DNA of 37,240 nucleotides. It comes from Sphaeroforma arctica JP610. Lineage: Eukaryota. A model generated the notes under the pieces. That model was not told the DNA's origin. It ran no database searches and saw nothing but the letters and a program-made list of their open reading frames with translations. Below, one piece after another: positions 24,801 through 37,240 of this stretch (its first letter is position 1; the number at the start of each line of letters is the position of its first letter). Position numbers and translations under genes: made by a program. The stretch lies in the NCBI RefSeq assembly GCF_001186125.1, contig NW_014040223.1, positions 14,091-51,330 on the forward strand, written 5' to 3'.

Positions 24801-27800
24801 GCAGCAGTAGGTGTGCGAAATGTGGTTCAGGAGGTTAGAGAGTTGAAGGGTTCTGATTCGGCTAAGACGAGACGTTCCCGGGAGGAGGTACGCGGCAATG
24901 TATCTAACATGCTTATAACCAGGAAGCATGCGTGTGATGACGTGAGTATGAAGGTTTTAACTCGAAAAGAGATGTCAATGGTCCACGAGAGTATGGATGC
25001 AGGGAAATCGCACACTCGAGCACGACAACCTTGTGTCGATATGGTTAACGCAGCGATGTCGAAGAAGAAATCGTCTGCTGTTATCACTGGTAAAGAAATG
25101 TCCAAGCGGCATGCAAGTACTGATGTGGAAATACCAGATACTCCTGAGCAACAATCTCTTATCGATGTAGGAGAGATAGAGACAATTAGGAAGCAACCGT
25201 GTGTCAAGGTCAAGGATGATATGATCCAGGAGGAGGCCAGCATCGATGGGGCTAAGAACAAGATGACTGGGAAACAGCCATTCAGTGATGCAGCTAAGGT
25301 GGACTTATCTGGATCGCAGGTATGCGATTATGCGGCGACTATGAAGTTAAACGGGGAGGAATTGTGTAGTACTGTGTCCAAGACGGAAATGAGTGAGAAG
25401 CACTACGGTGCGCATGTTGTTAGAGTAAGTGTGACTAAGCAGCAAGACGGTGACGTCGAGATTAAGAAGGGAGAGAGGGAGAAATCAACGAGACAGATAG
25501 TTGGTGAAACGGCCACCGGGAGGGTGTTAAAACAAAAAACCTCAATCGATACGATTCAGAAGCCGATGTTCCAGAAGCCAACATGTGCTAATGTGCCCCA
25601 GAGGGCACAGGTGTGCATTAAGGTTCAAACTACTAAGAAGAAAGTAAGGAGGCCAGAGGTTACATCTACTAACGAGAGAGTAGCGGGGGAAGCGTTTTCA
25701 TCCACGAAGAGTAAAGTAGGTGGGGTAAAGGTTACATCTTCTGTGCAGAAAGTTAGGGGAGAAGAGATCTCAACTAAGGGGAAAGTAGGGGGGGCGAGAG
25801 GTTCCATCTTCTAAGGAAAGGTGGGAAGACCAGAGATTCCATCTACAAAGGAGAAAGTAGCAGGTGCAGAGATTTCATCTACTATAGGGAGAGTAGGGGG
25901 ACCAGAGGTTTTATCTACTAAGCTGAAAGTAGGAGGGTCAAAGGTTCCATCTACTAAGCGGAAAGTAGGGGAGGCAGAGGCTCCATCTACTATGGGAAAA
26001 GTAGGAGGGGTAGATATTCAATCTACTAAGGAGAAAGTAGGGGGGCAGAGGCTCTATCTACTGAGGCGAAACTAAGAGGGTCAGAAGTTCCATCCTCTAA
26101 GGAGAAAGTAAGAGAGCCAGAAGTTTCATCTACTAAAGGGAAAGTAGGAACGCCAGAGGCTCGATCTACTAAGGAAAATGTAGGAGGGGTAGAGATTCCA
26201 TCTACTAAGGAGAAGGTAGCAGGGGTAGAGATTACATCTACTAAGGAGAAAATAAGGGGGGCAGAGGCCCCATCTACTGAGGCGAAAGTAGGAGGGCCAG
26301 ATGTTCTAGTCAACATGTGTACCAAAACTAAGAGCGACGGTGGTTCTGGAAATAGCATTGCCAGCACAAAGAAGGTTGCTAAGGGAGAGAAAGAGAAAGA
26401 GTGTCCGGGAAGTCCAGCTGTTGCTAAGAAAATCAAAACAGGTGTCATTACAAAGTCTGCTGAAAGTACAGGTCAACCGGATATCAACAGCTGTCCCAGA
26501 CCTGTGGTGGCGAATGAATGTGACGGTGAGGATGTCGTTGTCGGTGACAAGGCGGCTGCTAATGGGAAGCAAATTTGTTCTAAAGTTTCGACCACTGCCG
26601 CGTTCGTTAATGTAAGTGCTAGTACCGAGGTGGCGAAAAACAGTTGGCAAAGGGCGAATGTAGTAATGGAAACGATATTGTTGATACTGAAAAGATTGCT
26701 ACTGGGGACGCAGCACATCCTAAAAAATTAGGGTCTCGTATGGATGCGCATATACGTACTTTACCTCTCGCAGATAGTTCTAATTATAGCTTTGGCTCAG
26801 AAAAGAAGGATTTTTCTAGTCAGGCAATGCGGGAATTGACAGTGAATCTTCATATGTTGACGAAAACATTGGAAAGGTTAGTAAAGGATGAGAGTACGAT
26901 TGACCGCGAAGTGGACCCCCAACAAACGAATCAGTGCGAGAAGAAAGCTGCGGTCACAGCAAAGCAAAAGAGTCGCAATGATAAGCAAGGTGTACAGCAG
27001 AACAGCTTTAAAATGAAGCATGTACAGAGACAACCTGTCCAGGTGAATATCTCCAGCGAACAAACCGCACAAAACACCATCAGAAAAACAATCATTGTAC
27101 AGGAATGCGAGAAGAGAGGGCGTTCCCATACCTTTGAACAAACGTATAGACCGATGCAGCCTCAACTGCAACAGAACGGGAGTCGCAGGCAAGAGCCGAG
27201 AGAGAGCCAGGGCTATGTATACACTCCTGCTCCCCAAATACTCCAATAGTTACCCCTACGGCGCCATACACGGCCGTGGTTTTACAGCCAAGTATATGTA
27301 CAAGATCGACCACAGCAATCGCTGTACTCCACCCAGTCTGACCAGGGATTATATCGAAAGACGCCATATGTACAGTATTATACACCCCCGGCACCCTTGG
27401 CGACACACCGGATGAGTGATCCAGCACCTAGACCTTCACATACTCAGATGTATGCAGTCTCGGAGAATTATGCCATGCCCCCCGCATATCTACCACAGCA
27501 GCACACACACATACACGGTCCTCATCAACTACCCTACGCGTACGTTCCATCGGGAAGTAGTGCCCTGCCGTTTACGGGTATGCACGCACAGCACCGGCAG
27601 CCAGATGTGAACATACCTGCATACGGCCCACAAACAGCTATGCATCCTAGCCAGCTGCACACACATGCCCCTGTGCACCGTCGTAAGCCAGCCCCAGTAT
27701 CGCCGTGACCAACGTACCCACAAGCGCAACAACAGACGGAGGGCACGGGCGTGTCTAAGGTTCCGGCTTCGTATAGACCACAGACACTGACTAGTGCTGT

Positions 27801-28395
27801 GCAGAGTGTCCATTTAAGATGTACACGTGGGGACGTACACGCCGGGAAGCATATGCGGCGTCGCGTGGGTCGGAGAAACAGTCCTGTCCACCGGAGATTG
27901 CAGGTGACATGGCTAGACAAAATGCGCAGGTCAATCCAGATACTTCAACAAGCTCAGCGTGTGAGTGGAATACGGGCGAGGCAGATAGGACGGCCAAGAA
28001 TGACGGGGTAGTGACAGTGGTGCCAAGAATAGGAGTACAGTCGGCTGCACCGGCGCATCTCGAAGGACACACCCACTCAAAGGCGTTCCTCGAGGCGCAG
28101 GCCCAGAGGTTAGTGCATACCCACAGCCGAGCACAGACACATGCACACGCCCACGGGTACAACCACATGCAGGAACCCAACATATACGTGCAGTTCCATG
28201 GAGGCTCGACTGTCGTCTCGCATCTGCGCCTGCCTGTGGATAGCTTGTCCTACAAATACAACCCCGAAGCACCCAAGTCTAGCCCGATGGACTTGGATCG
28301 GGGACTAAAGAATGACAACAGCGACGCGTCCGACTTGACATCGCAGGGATCCGATCCTTTTGTGCAGGGTTATATGGCACGGCGAGGACTCAAGG
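21338..28395 (+). pseudogene. Disabled gene: N-terminal ankyrin repeats (exons ~21338-21440, 22127-22221, 22692-22781) plus a ~5.2 kb low-complexity exon (~23189-28395)
   Basis: The ankyrin text reads SIHRAAQNGDTARLKRILSEGIDVNLRT / STPLHVASSAGNINSVDLLLVNGADASQTDS / CGRTALQ*AQLWNRSQVVKWL. Stops: TAA 22713-22715, TAG 24399-24401, TAG 27247-27249, TGA 27706-27708. Frameshifts occur near 23350, 23900, 25797-25818, 26045, 26640 and 27810, with similar coding composition continuing across the lesions. Confidence 0.8.
25640..26310 (+). repeat. 36-bp (12-aa) coding tandem repeat, ~19 copies, consensus KVGGxEVPSTKE
   Basis: Repeated units like aaagtaggagggccagaggttccatctactaaggag. Confidence 0.9.
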
Positions 28396-30316
28396 TATGA
28401 CTGTTCTTGATTAGTTGTATGTTGTGCCAATGTCGGTGTAGGTCTTTATGGCCAGGTTGTTTGGTGTGATTTTCTACCACATGTCACGGCGGTGCGCACA
28501 CGTGTCGTCTTGTGTCTTCTTGCCTGCATAGCACGTCTATCAAAATTTGGCTGACCAACCAAACTCAGGCAGAACACATGCGCATGTAAGAGTACTTTGT
28601 GTTGGTTTCAATTACTAGGTCGTAGGCGAATGAGCAAACAAGCAAGTACACATGGGTGTAAAAGTACCGCCAGCGTCAACATATTTTTTTGTGGGATACC
28701 GTTCGAACCAGCTTTGGAATACAGTCTCATCTAGATCAACAGATCTGTCAACGTACATATTGATAGATAATATCCGAGCGCAGCGTTGGATCTCCATATT
28801 CTCTCTTTACACATCGAAGTGGTTCTGAATTGCCACTCTCAGTCTAATTTAGTTTAAACTAAGACTGAATCTATAATATTTTTCAAACGACAAAGTATGT
28901 TCGTATAATAATTCAAACAACTATCCAAATCAAATTAAAGACGATAGTTGTAACATGCCTTTGCGTGGCAATAGCAGCATAGAACAAGCACTGAATGACC
29001 CTTGACTCACTTAACAGATAACTACTGGAGTTAACTAATAACGGGCCATCCAGCATGTAATTGCCACATCATGGATGATTTGACTGGGTTAATCAGAACC
29101 ACTATGCAAGTAGTATTGGGGCGTGTCAGATATCGATTGCGGACAGACTAACAGTGTGCTACTATGCGGCGTTGATCTAGACTAACTGGCACCGATGTCC
29201 AACATTCAATGGAGAATAAATCATCTATAAAATGTACAGTAGAACCTGCCCCTGAACTCTGGAAGGTTTCGATCATTAGCATGTGTGGTTGTCTGACATC
29301 GTATCGTTGTTTATACGTAACTGCTGCAGTAGTTATTTGGTGTGCATGCTAGGATGCTGAACCTTGAGTGTTAAGTAAGCACTATATAGTGTTGCCGTCT
29401 TCTCCATATGCATTCATTTTTCATCGATGTGCGCATCTTTCGCAATATTTGTGCCATTCCACCGCGTAGAAGGTAGTCTTCACGACAGGTGTTACTATAT
29501 CGGATTATGATCTTTGCTAGTAGCTAGGCCAGATCTACAAGTTCAGGTAAATACGTGGCTGCTAGCCTAACAAAAGGTATATCTCAATGATAGCAGTGCT
29601 AAACCATCTGCAAGCGCATATATGAGCACAGCAGTATACATCTGCTAGACTCGTTCCGAACGGCTGATACGAGTTATCAAAGCCATACGTGGTATCAGTC
29701 TTTTAGTGTGTCGGATTGGTTTCACATGTGGTAGAGCGTACAGCTAGTGATCATATGTATTTGCGATGTTTCGTTGCTGAGCACGGAATCGACGGACTTT
29801 GCATCACAGTATGCGAACATGCCCGTGGATTCAAAGCATACGCTTTACATGTAATTTGGCTATCTTAATCGAACACAGCCGCAACCGTAGTATACATACA
29901 TGAAAAAGGTGCATCTACTCACACTGCAAGTAAACCAGAGTATACTTCATGGCGCGCACTCTCAAGAATCACATCTCTTCCTTACCATAAATTGCGTACT
30001 CACGACATACATATGCGGCATAACGCGTGGGTAGCACTGGATTAGGACTGGAAGTGTACGCGATGTTGCCCATTGCGGCAGCAGTGCACAGGTCCGATAC
30101 CGCCAGATGGATGGTGATGCCGCGTTGAGACCATCTGATGCTCGGGTGCGAATGCACAACCATTGAAGATTAGATATACATGTATATACCAAATATACCA
30201 CATACTTACCCTAAAATCTATCGCAGGACACCAAATCAGCAATATATGTAGTGTACTTTGTGCATTGAACTGTACGACAAAGAGTAGAACATTATTTTTT
30301 TATCTTCTGGGAAACG

Positions 30317-33300
30317 TCACCTCCGGCGTGATTTCTTGTGCTGTTCTTTCCTTTTTTTGCGCTTTTTCCGCCGCCCATGGTCTCTACTTGCGTCGTCACT
30401 GTCACTATCCGAGTCACTATTGTCACTGCTATCGCTTGTACTAGAACTATCCCAATCCTCTCCACTGCTACCTGAGCTGGACCGTTTGGCTGACCTCCCT
30501 TTGCGGTGCTTTCTGTGTGAACTTCGAGACTTAGATCGTTTCCTGCGCTTGCCCTTAGTCTTAGGTATGTCATTGTCACTCCGACGTGCGCGCTTCCTAT
30601 GGGTGGTGAATGAGGACAACCAATGCATACGATTGTATGAGGTCGGATCGAAGCAAACCCGATATACGCGCGCAGCAATACACAAGCACGTCAACTGAAA
30701 TACATCACACGATTTTAATTACGTACGTACCTCTCTCGAGATGCTGTCGCTTCTTCCTCTAGAGCTGACATGGCGGCCTTCAGAAGGGCCTTTTTGCGAT
30801 TGGCCTCCTGTTGGATCTGTTTACGGATATTTACAGTTGGTAGATTGAGTGCGTGGTAAATCTGGAGATTGTCGACTGAAGGGTGCAGGCGTGCAACTAC
30901 TATACCAACAAGGTGCCGAAACTGTCGCACGTCTCATTCTAAAGTGGTTCATGCACCAATTGATCCGAACTATTCATTGGCGCCAACCCAGCACCATAAC
31001 GAACTGCGGTAATATACTGTAGAAGCCGAAAGATTTTGACAGGTATACACATAACAAAACATGACTGAGTATTCAGCCCGACGTCACCATGCTCAAATGT
31101 ATGTAAATTGCATCTCTGAGCATTTGTCAGGTACGTTCACTCATTCGTATTTACAGACAAAGCCTTGTATATCCAGTACTTACAGCTTCGAACTTGGTAT
31201 GCTGTGCTAGCTTCAGAAGATCAAATGTCTCCTGGTTGTCCGGACATAATTTGTGCGCTCGTTGAAGGTCGTTCATTGCCTTCTCCAGTGCTTTCTCGTT
31301 CATACCAGATGATTTCTACAATGCAATTTCCAACACCGAGTAGTTGCATACACCAGGTGAGCATTACGAGTATGAATGGCATTATCACAAGTTGACAACT
31401 CTAGCATAGCATGGGCCCAATACTTCAGAGGACATGAGCTGAACTGCTTACCCTACATTTGGAAATGTGTACTATAAAAATATATCCATATAAGTATATA
31501 TGCATATATAGTTACATACGTCTGAAGCTCGTGAACGGTGCATATCCATCAATCCCTTCGCACGCTTCACCAGCGCCGCGCTCAGGTACTTGACTGCGTT
31601 CTTGTGCTCTACATTCTGATTCACAGCTTCTTGCAGGTCCTGACAAATTTGATGAGCGAGAATGGGAGACAAAGTCGGCGGTTGGGGTATAAGCAGATTG
31701 TGCGTACTCTCGTGCACGTTCAAGTGGTTGGCTTATGATCTGTTTGCTATGCGAGGTTTGCAAGCAACTGAGGTGACAGGGGACTGCTATTACTCTGGTT
31801 GTATGTGCACGTGTAAGTATGTGTTGACTGAGCAATTGGCTGTCAAGAGTAGCAAAGAAAATAGAAAAATGCGAGCAAGACATCACAAAGAGTTCTTATT
31901 CTATTTTTCCATATGAGACCTTGTGGCTAAGGATCTGACTTTGAAATATAGAGTGCGAACGCATTGACTTTAATATGTGGAGTGACGTCGCCGGGTACCA
32001 CCATGCATACTAGCTGGAGAATACTTAACGGATGTATTAAATGCAAGTGCCCACAAAGGTTCCAAGGTTGTGGTAGCGGGTTGTACAATTCAACGCTGCT
32101 ACAAAATAACAAACAGTTTGAGTTCTCGCTTAGCACTCTTAGTCACGAGTGTGAATAATAACATATAAATCAATGCTTGCGTCTGTGCCAGCTGCTTCCG
32201 CCTTTGGCATTAAACAATGATATTTTTAAACAGAAACAGAACCCTATCATGTGCTGTACATACAGTTAGCTTAAAAAAGTACGAATAGAGTCATTTGTGT
32301 ATAACTATTGCAGGTGTACCTGGAATGATTATGATTCTATACAGAATCGGTACTCGCGCGTACGCAACTGTGTCCGATAGCAAACGATACAGTGTTAACA
32401 TGTTTCAGCGAAGGACAGCGCTGGGTAGATGGGGATGTGCGTTGAGAGCACCGACAAATACATACTCAAAATAAAATATTATTCAGACCCCATGTTGATT
32501 CCATACAATTATAGCTGCGTCGAGCTTGTTAGTCTGTATGTTGACTGCCCCGCGCGCCACCAGGGCTTCAATGTACTTCGGACACACACTCAATGCTTCG
32601 TTGAGGTACTGGTGACATTTGGAGGCATTCCCTCCCGCCTTCAGAACAGTCACTGCTTTGGCAACGCTGGTGAGATAATAATGCCACATGAGCAAAAAAA
32701 AAGCGACATACTGTGGTCAGCCTAGAGATCAATGGTGAGACAATAATGTCACTGTTGACAAAATAAGCGACTTCGGCGAGAGGAGGGGTTAAACTGTGGG
32801 TACGCTGTGAACTACTGATGAGGTGATAGTGCCAGTGGTGACGAAAACCGCAAATCAGAGCAGGGTCGCGCCAGACTGAAGTCAGTCTCAATACTGTTGG
32901 TGACATGATAACTACCGAGATGATAGGAATATTCGATCAGAATTGTAAATTGTGCCAAAATTTGGTCGGCATGAGCATCATTGGCAGTGACTTGCAGCAG
33001 TATGTACTATAGACATAGCCACTACTGTTGACGAATCGTGAAAGCCGGTGACAGGTTTGTACGGCCGTACTAAACAGGAAACTCAATAATGTGCATTCGA
33101 TTACAATCAACCCCACTTACAAGTTATGGGCCAGTAGCTGATTCTGTTTGCTGCGGATGGCCTCCACGCAGGTGTCGTTGGAGTACACGTGGCTTTAAGG
33201 AACCAGAGAGGGGGAAGGGATTGCCGGGCGACAAAATGTTAGGTGTGTTTGCAAAGTATTACTCGCTCACAGAGGGCGTTTGTTACTCTGTGTGTTACCA

Positions 33301-36300
33301 TAAATACCTATATTAATGCTCTATGAAAATTCGCAACGACAAATAAATAAATATATGACAATATATTGATAGCGTGTACATAGATCCGTACCGTCCCGTG
33401 GAGACCATCAGGGTATCGCACGTAGTATCGAGGCCAAGCACACTCCTCATTTCTTCCGTCAACTTCGGATTGTGAAAGTCATATATCTTTTCGCAGTGCG
33501 CATTGAAGGATGCAGTCTTTCTGTATGGATGTAATTAATAGATATGGAAGCAGATCAGATGAAGTTTCATATTGCAACAAACGAGAAAAAATATATATAC
33601 CGATTGACTGTAGATATAACAAATGATGATGATCATGGCTATAGTTCAATTTAAATAGGACCTTGGTCTTAGAGAGTGTATCTATAAAGAGTGGAGACAA
33701 CAACAGCTGGAAAACTTCTTCTATGAACTTGCAGGTGACATCGGAGGTTGAAATTGTAATCAGAATAAGAACGGATCGTATCCACGCTTAGATACTACGC
33801 TTACCGTTTATACACACGTTAGACATCCAGTTTACTGCCCATACACCCACACGATACTTACTCAAACTCAACATTGAAGTTCTTCTCTTCGTTGCGCACT
33901 CGACCCAGACGCACCTGATCTCTCCTTCTATCGTCTGGGTCATAGCTCATTCGCAAAAGCACAAGCGGTGTATCTGATATGGGCTGTTGCACGCTCCGCA
34001 TCACGCCTGTGTTGATATGAAAAAAAATGTCTGAGTGTTTGTATGGGACAGTATATAGTACCAACATCTGGTGTGTACACAGCGGGAGGGTATAGCTTTT
34101 TCGCAGAAGCACACGCGATGTGCCGAGAAGGGTTGTGGCACACTCTTGCACCACGCTTGAGGGCATAGTTAGAGATACATGGTCACTATTAGGATCGTAT
34201 GCATACATATGTCACCTTAGGTGGCAATGTCTATTGTATATATTCGTACGCACATGGGATGTAACAAACAACAAAACCTCCACACTCCCCACCACGCCTG
34301 TGATCATAAATAAACCATCAGTAGTGTTCTTATGCGCACACAAAGTTCAACGTATTTACCACCGAGTGACATGAGTATAAAAGTTCAGCGTATTTACACC
34401 GAGTGACATGAGTATACGTGTGTCCACGGATACATCTCATGCGAATCTTGCAAGGATTCGATAGCAGCAATAGACAGGCTGTAGTAGACTTGATATCAGT
34501 GACACACACTTGCAAAGGTGCATAATTCTGACCCGGTTGTTTGTACCTACAAGCTGCAAAATATCTAAACTTGCTTACAATCAGCTCAATTTGTGTATGC
34601 CCTACGCGTTCATACAACCGCATATGTTTACGGTTCCACGCTAGCACTAGCAGTCATCATACACGGTAGCACTGCCAATAGCATGCGCACCATGTACACA
34701 CGTCACAGGCCAAACACCCGCTCGTGGCACCAACCTGCGTACCTCTCACAGTATCGTGGCGGCGACAGTCTAAAAAGAGCTCCTCTTCCTCTCGTTCGTC
34801 CATGGATAGTCGGGAGTCTCGTTGTCTGTGCGAGTATATCTCGGCCTACCAACGAAGTGATACAAACATGTTGGGTCACCAAATGCATAGCGTCAGTATG
34901 GCATACACGTATGCCGCGCCTGAGGATGCGAATTTTTGTGGCGATAAATTCGCTCACATATATAGCACAGGTACGTACGAGCAAGACGGCTGACCATTTT
35001 GAACTCAAGGAGTACATTTTCTTGAGAAATTATGTATGTATACAAGAATATGGGAACCAGGATATCACCCTCCTTCCGATACGCAATTTTCTGCATCATA
35101 TTATATTCCAGGGGACGTAGGGCTTGAGGATTCAGGGTTTTGTATTATCGAGTTTAATGTACGACGGAACTTGCTTGCTTGTATTTGTAGGGAGTTTAGA
35201 ATTTATGTATTTAGCGAATGGCGTGCTAAGGTCTAGTACTTTGCAGCACTTACTTGTATTTCCAGTGAATCGAGATCATTGATTCGCAACGGACGTCTCC
35301 CCACCATATGTCCGCCGTCGCGCGTATCTTTGGCATGAGTCATCTGGTTGCAAGTCACGGTCGCGTTTCGGAAGCGTTAATTTTTACAATTCATGGGGTC
35401 AAGTAGAGGTGTAGATCTTATACCATTAATTGCGTTCGGCAATTTAGCATGCAATTAAAGTGATTTACTCCCTGCAACACTCACGAGTATCTCAATGCCT
35501 ATATCCTCGCACAAGGTACATAGTCGATATGTTCTGCATAAATAAGACCATACATTTGTTAGGCCGCATGTAATATATTTGCAATCACATATCAGCAGGC
35601 AATCCGCTGACTTTGTGAACAAAAACACACGCACGCGCAACAACAGAGAGAATGAACAATACCAGCACCTTGTACTGATCAATCGCAGTCGTATTCGTCG
35701 ACATATTGGCATGAAGTACATTCAACACTTATTAAGTGGGCTGTGAGTTTCACATCTTTAAGGTCAAGAGCCTAGCTGTACCTACCTCACGATCGCATAT
35801 AACCAGCAAGATAGAGCTAAGTTTGAGCTCAAGTTTGTGTTCAGTTGCATGCTGCACCACTCCTTCCACCACTGCACCTGCTTTCAGAATATGGCCACAA
35901 ATGAACCTTTTCCGGTCACTCGCGGTCTGGGCCGAAAACAGACCTAGAGAGGGCAGCCAATCCCAAGACAACCGATCTATATATAGACGAAAGCCAAGTG
36001 GGTAAGTATGTGTAGGTCTAAGTAACGCACGCAACAAGGACCGAATTTGCATAGTGCAAAAAAGTATACGCCTGTATCTGCTGGTACAAGGGACTGATCT
36101 GTCCGATTGAGTGTGCATGTATGTACTTAATGCCATGAATGTTAGAATTCATCGCAGCCAACTTCCGTACGAGATAGGTATAATATCGCGGGTAACGTAT
36201 TTTCCCTGCATATTTGAATATATATGCGCGTCGCGGTCCAAAGACGACATACACCTGTTCATACCTTGCCTCAGGACATTGCGATAGTTCTTTGTACTTG

Positions 36301-36340
36301 TCTGATTGGGTGTACTTGTTAGACTATTACCATGACGGTT
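30317..36340 (-). CDS. TTC14: TTC14-like protein (S1-like RNA-binding domain, TPR repeats, Lys/Arg/Ser/Asp-rich tail); at least 12 exons, 5' end probably outside the window
   Basis: Exons 36340-36265, 35976-35786, 35343-35254, 34845-34743, 34006-33862, 33520-33392, 33192-33121, 32666-32507, 31639-31520, 31315-31184, 30816-30731 and 30596-30317 are all GT-AG and phase-compatible (1584 nt). Blocks LPSLGLF...DRKRFI, GAVVEGVV, FHNPKLTEEMRSVLGL, AIRSKQN, YIEALVARGA and DLQEAVNQNVEHKNAVKYLSAALVKRA follow TTC14 order as recalled. Confidence 0.85.
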
Positions 36341-36409
36341 CTACCAGCAAGTTTGTGGTGGTTTGTGGAAGATGTGAATAACCCTCAATACCGATGCTGA
36401 ATTAGCATC

Positions 36410-37240
36410 TGAATGCTATGCTATGCATGTTTGAGATGCAGGTTAGCGTCTGTATTGTGGTATACTATGCTATGTATGTTTGAGTTGTTGATCAAGCATC
36501 TGTACTATGGTATGTAAATTTGAGATACCGATTAAACCTCTGTGCTATGCTTTATTATGGTATGCATATTCGAGATGCTGGTTAAGTATCTGCACTACGG
36601 TATGCACATTTGAGATACTGGTTAAGCCTCTGTAGTATGATTTACTATACATGTATGTTTAAGATGCTGATTAAGTGTCTGCACTATGCTGTACTTTGCC
36701 ATGCATGTTTACGATGCCGATTAAGCATCTATACTATGCTATGCATGTTCGAGATGCTGATTAAGTGTCTGTACTATGCTATGCCATGCATGTTTACGAT
36801 GCCGATTAATCATCCGTACTATGCTATGCATGTTTGAGATGCTGATTAAGTGTCTGTACTATGCTATGCCATGCATGTTTACGATGCCGATTAATCATCC
36901 GTACTATGCTATGCATGTTTGAGATGCTGATTAAGTGTATGTACTATGCTTTACTATACCATGCATGTTTACGATGCCGATTAATCATCCATACTATGCT
37001 ATGCATGTGTGAGATGCTGATTAAGTGTATGTACTATTCTTTACTATGCCAGGCATGTTTACGATGCTGATTAAGCATCCGTACTATGCGATGCATGTTT
37101 GAGATGCTGATTAAGTGTCTGTTCTATGCTTTACTATGTTATGCATATTTGAGCTATTGATTAAGCATCCGTACTGTGCTATGCATGTCTGAGATGCTGA
37201 TTGAGTGTTTGTACTATGCTTTACTATGCTATGCATGTTT
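36410..37240. repeat. Minisatellite with alternating 45-50 bp and 40 bp subunits (85-90 bp higher-order unit), probably intronic to the TTC14-like gene
   Basis: A = gagatgctgattaagtgtatgtactatgctttactatgccatgcatgttt alternates with B = acgatgccgattaatcatccgtactatgctatgcatgttt, running off the window edge. Confidence 0.92.

Noticed and set aside
21338..28395. Host stop-codon reassignment or readthrough explaining in-frame stops
   Set aside because: All three stop types and frameshifts occur, and intact genes here end in TAG, TAA and TGA, so the standard code applies.
28400..30300. Additional genes or exons between the pseudogene and TTC14-like gene
   Set aside because: Only short ORFs without recognisable motifs or convincing splice phases were found.
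35455..35535. Extra TTC14 exon candidate
   Set aside because: Its phase is incompatible with the neighbours, and the 35786 to 35343 splice already gives a continuous homologous frame.
36410..37240. CRISPR-like array
   Set aside because: There are no unique spacers, the units are contiguous repeats, the context is eukaryotic and no cas genes are present.

Overview
Intron-rich eukaryotic genomic DNA with GT-AG introns, (TA)n/(CA)n microsatellites and two N gaps. Gene content and intron style suggest a unicellular holozoan such as an ichthyosporean, but this is inference only. Left to right: the last two exons of a SEL1L/Hrd3 gene (+); an intronless Myb/SANT-like frame broken by three stops (-); a ~200 bp MITE with TIRs and an 8-bp TSD; an intronless, signal-peptide-bearing choloylglycine hydrolase/penicillin V acylase-family Ntn hydrolase (+); a 9-exon PLP-dependent trans-sulfuration enzyme (+, 402 aa); an intronless 1719-aa PPR-SMR protein (-); a ~7 kb ankyrin/low-complexity pseudogene (+); at least 12 exons of a TTC14-like gene (-); and an 85-90 bp dimeric minisatellite at the right edge. 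The best leads are the bacterial-type secreted amidase in a small mobile-looking island, the PPR-SMR protein, and introns that repeatedly contain decayed tandem copies of their own splice junctions. Family calls rest on motif recognition by eye; no searches were run.
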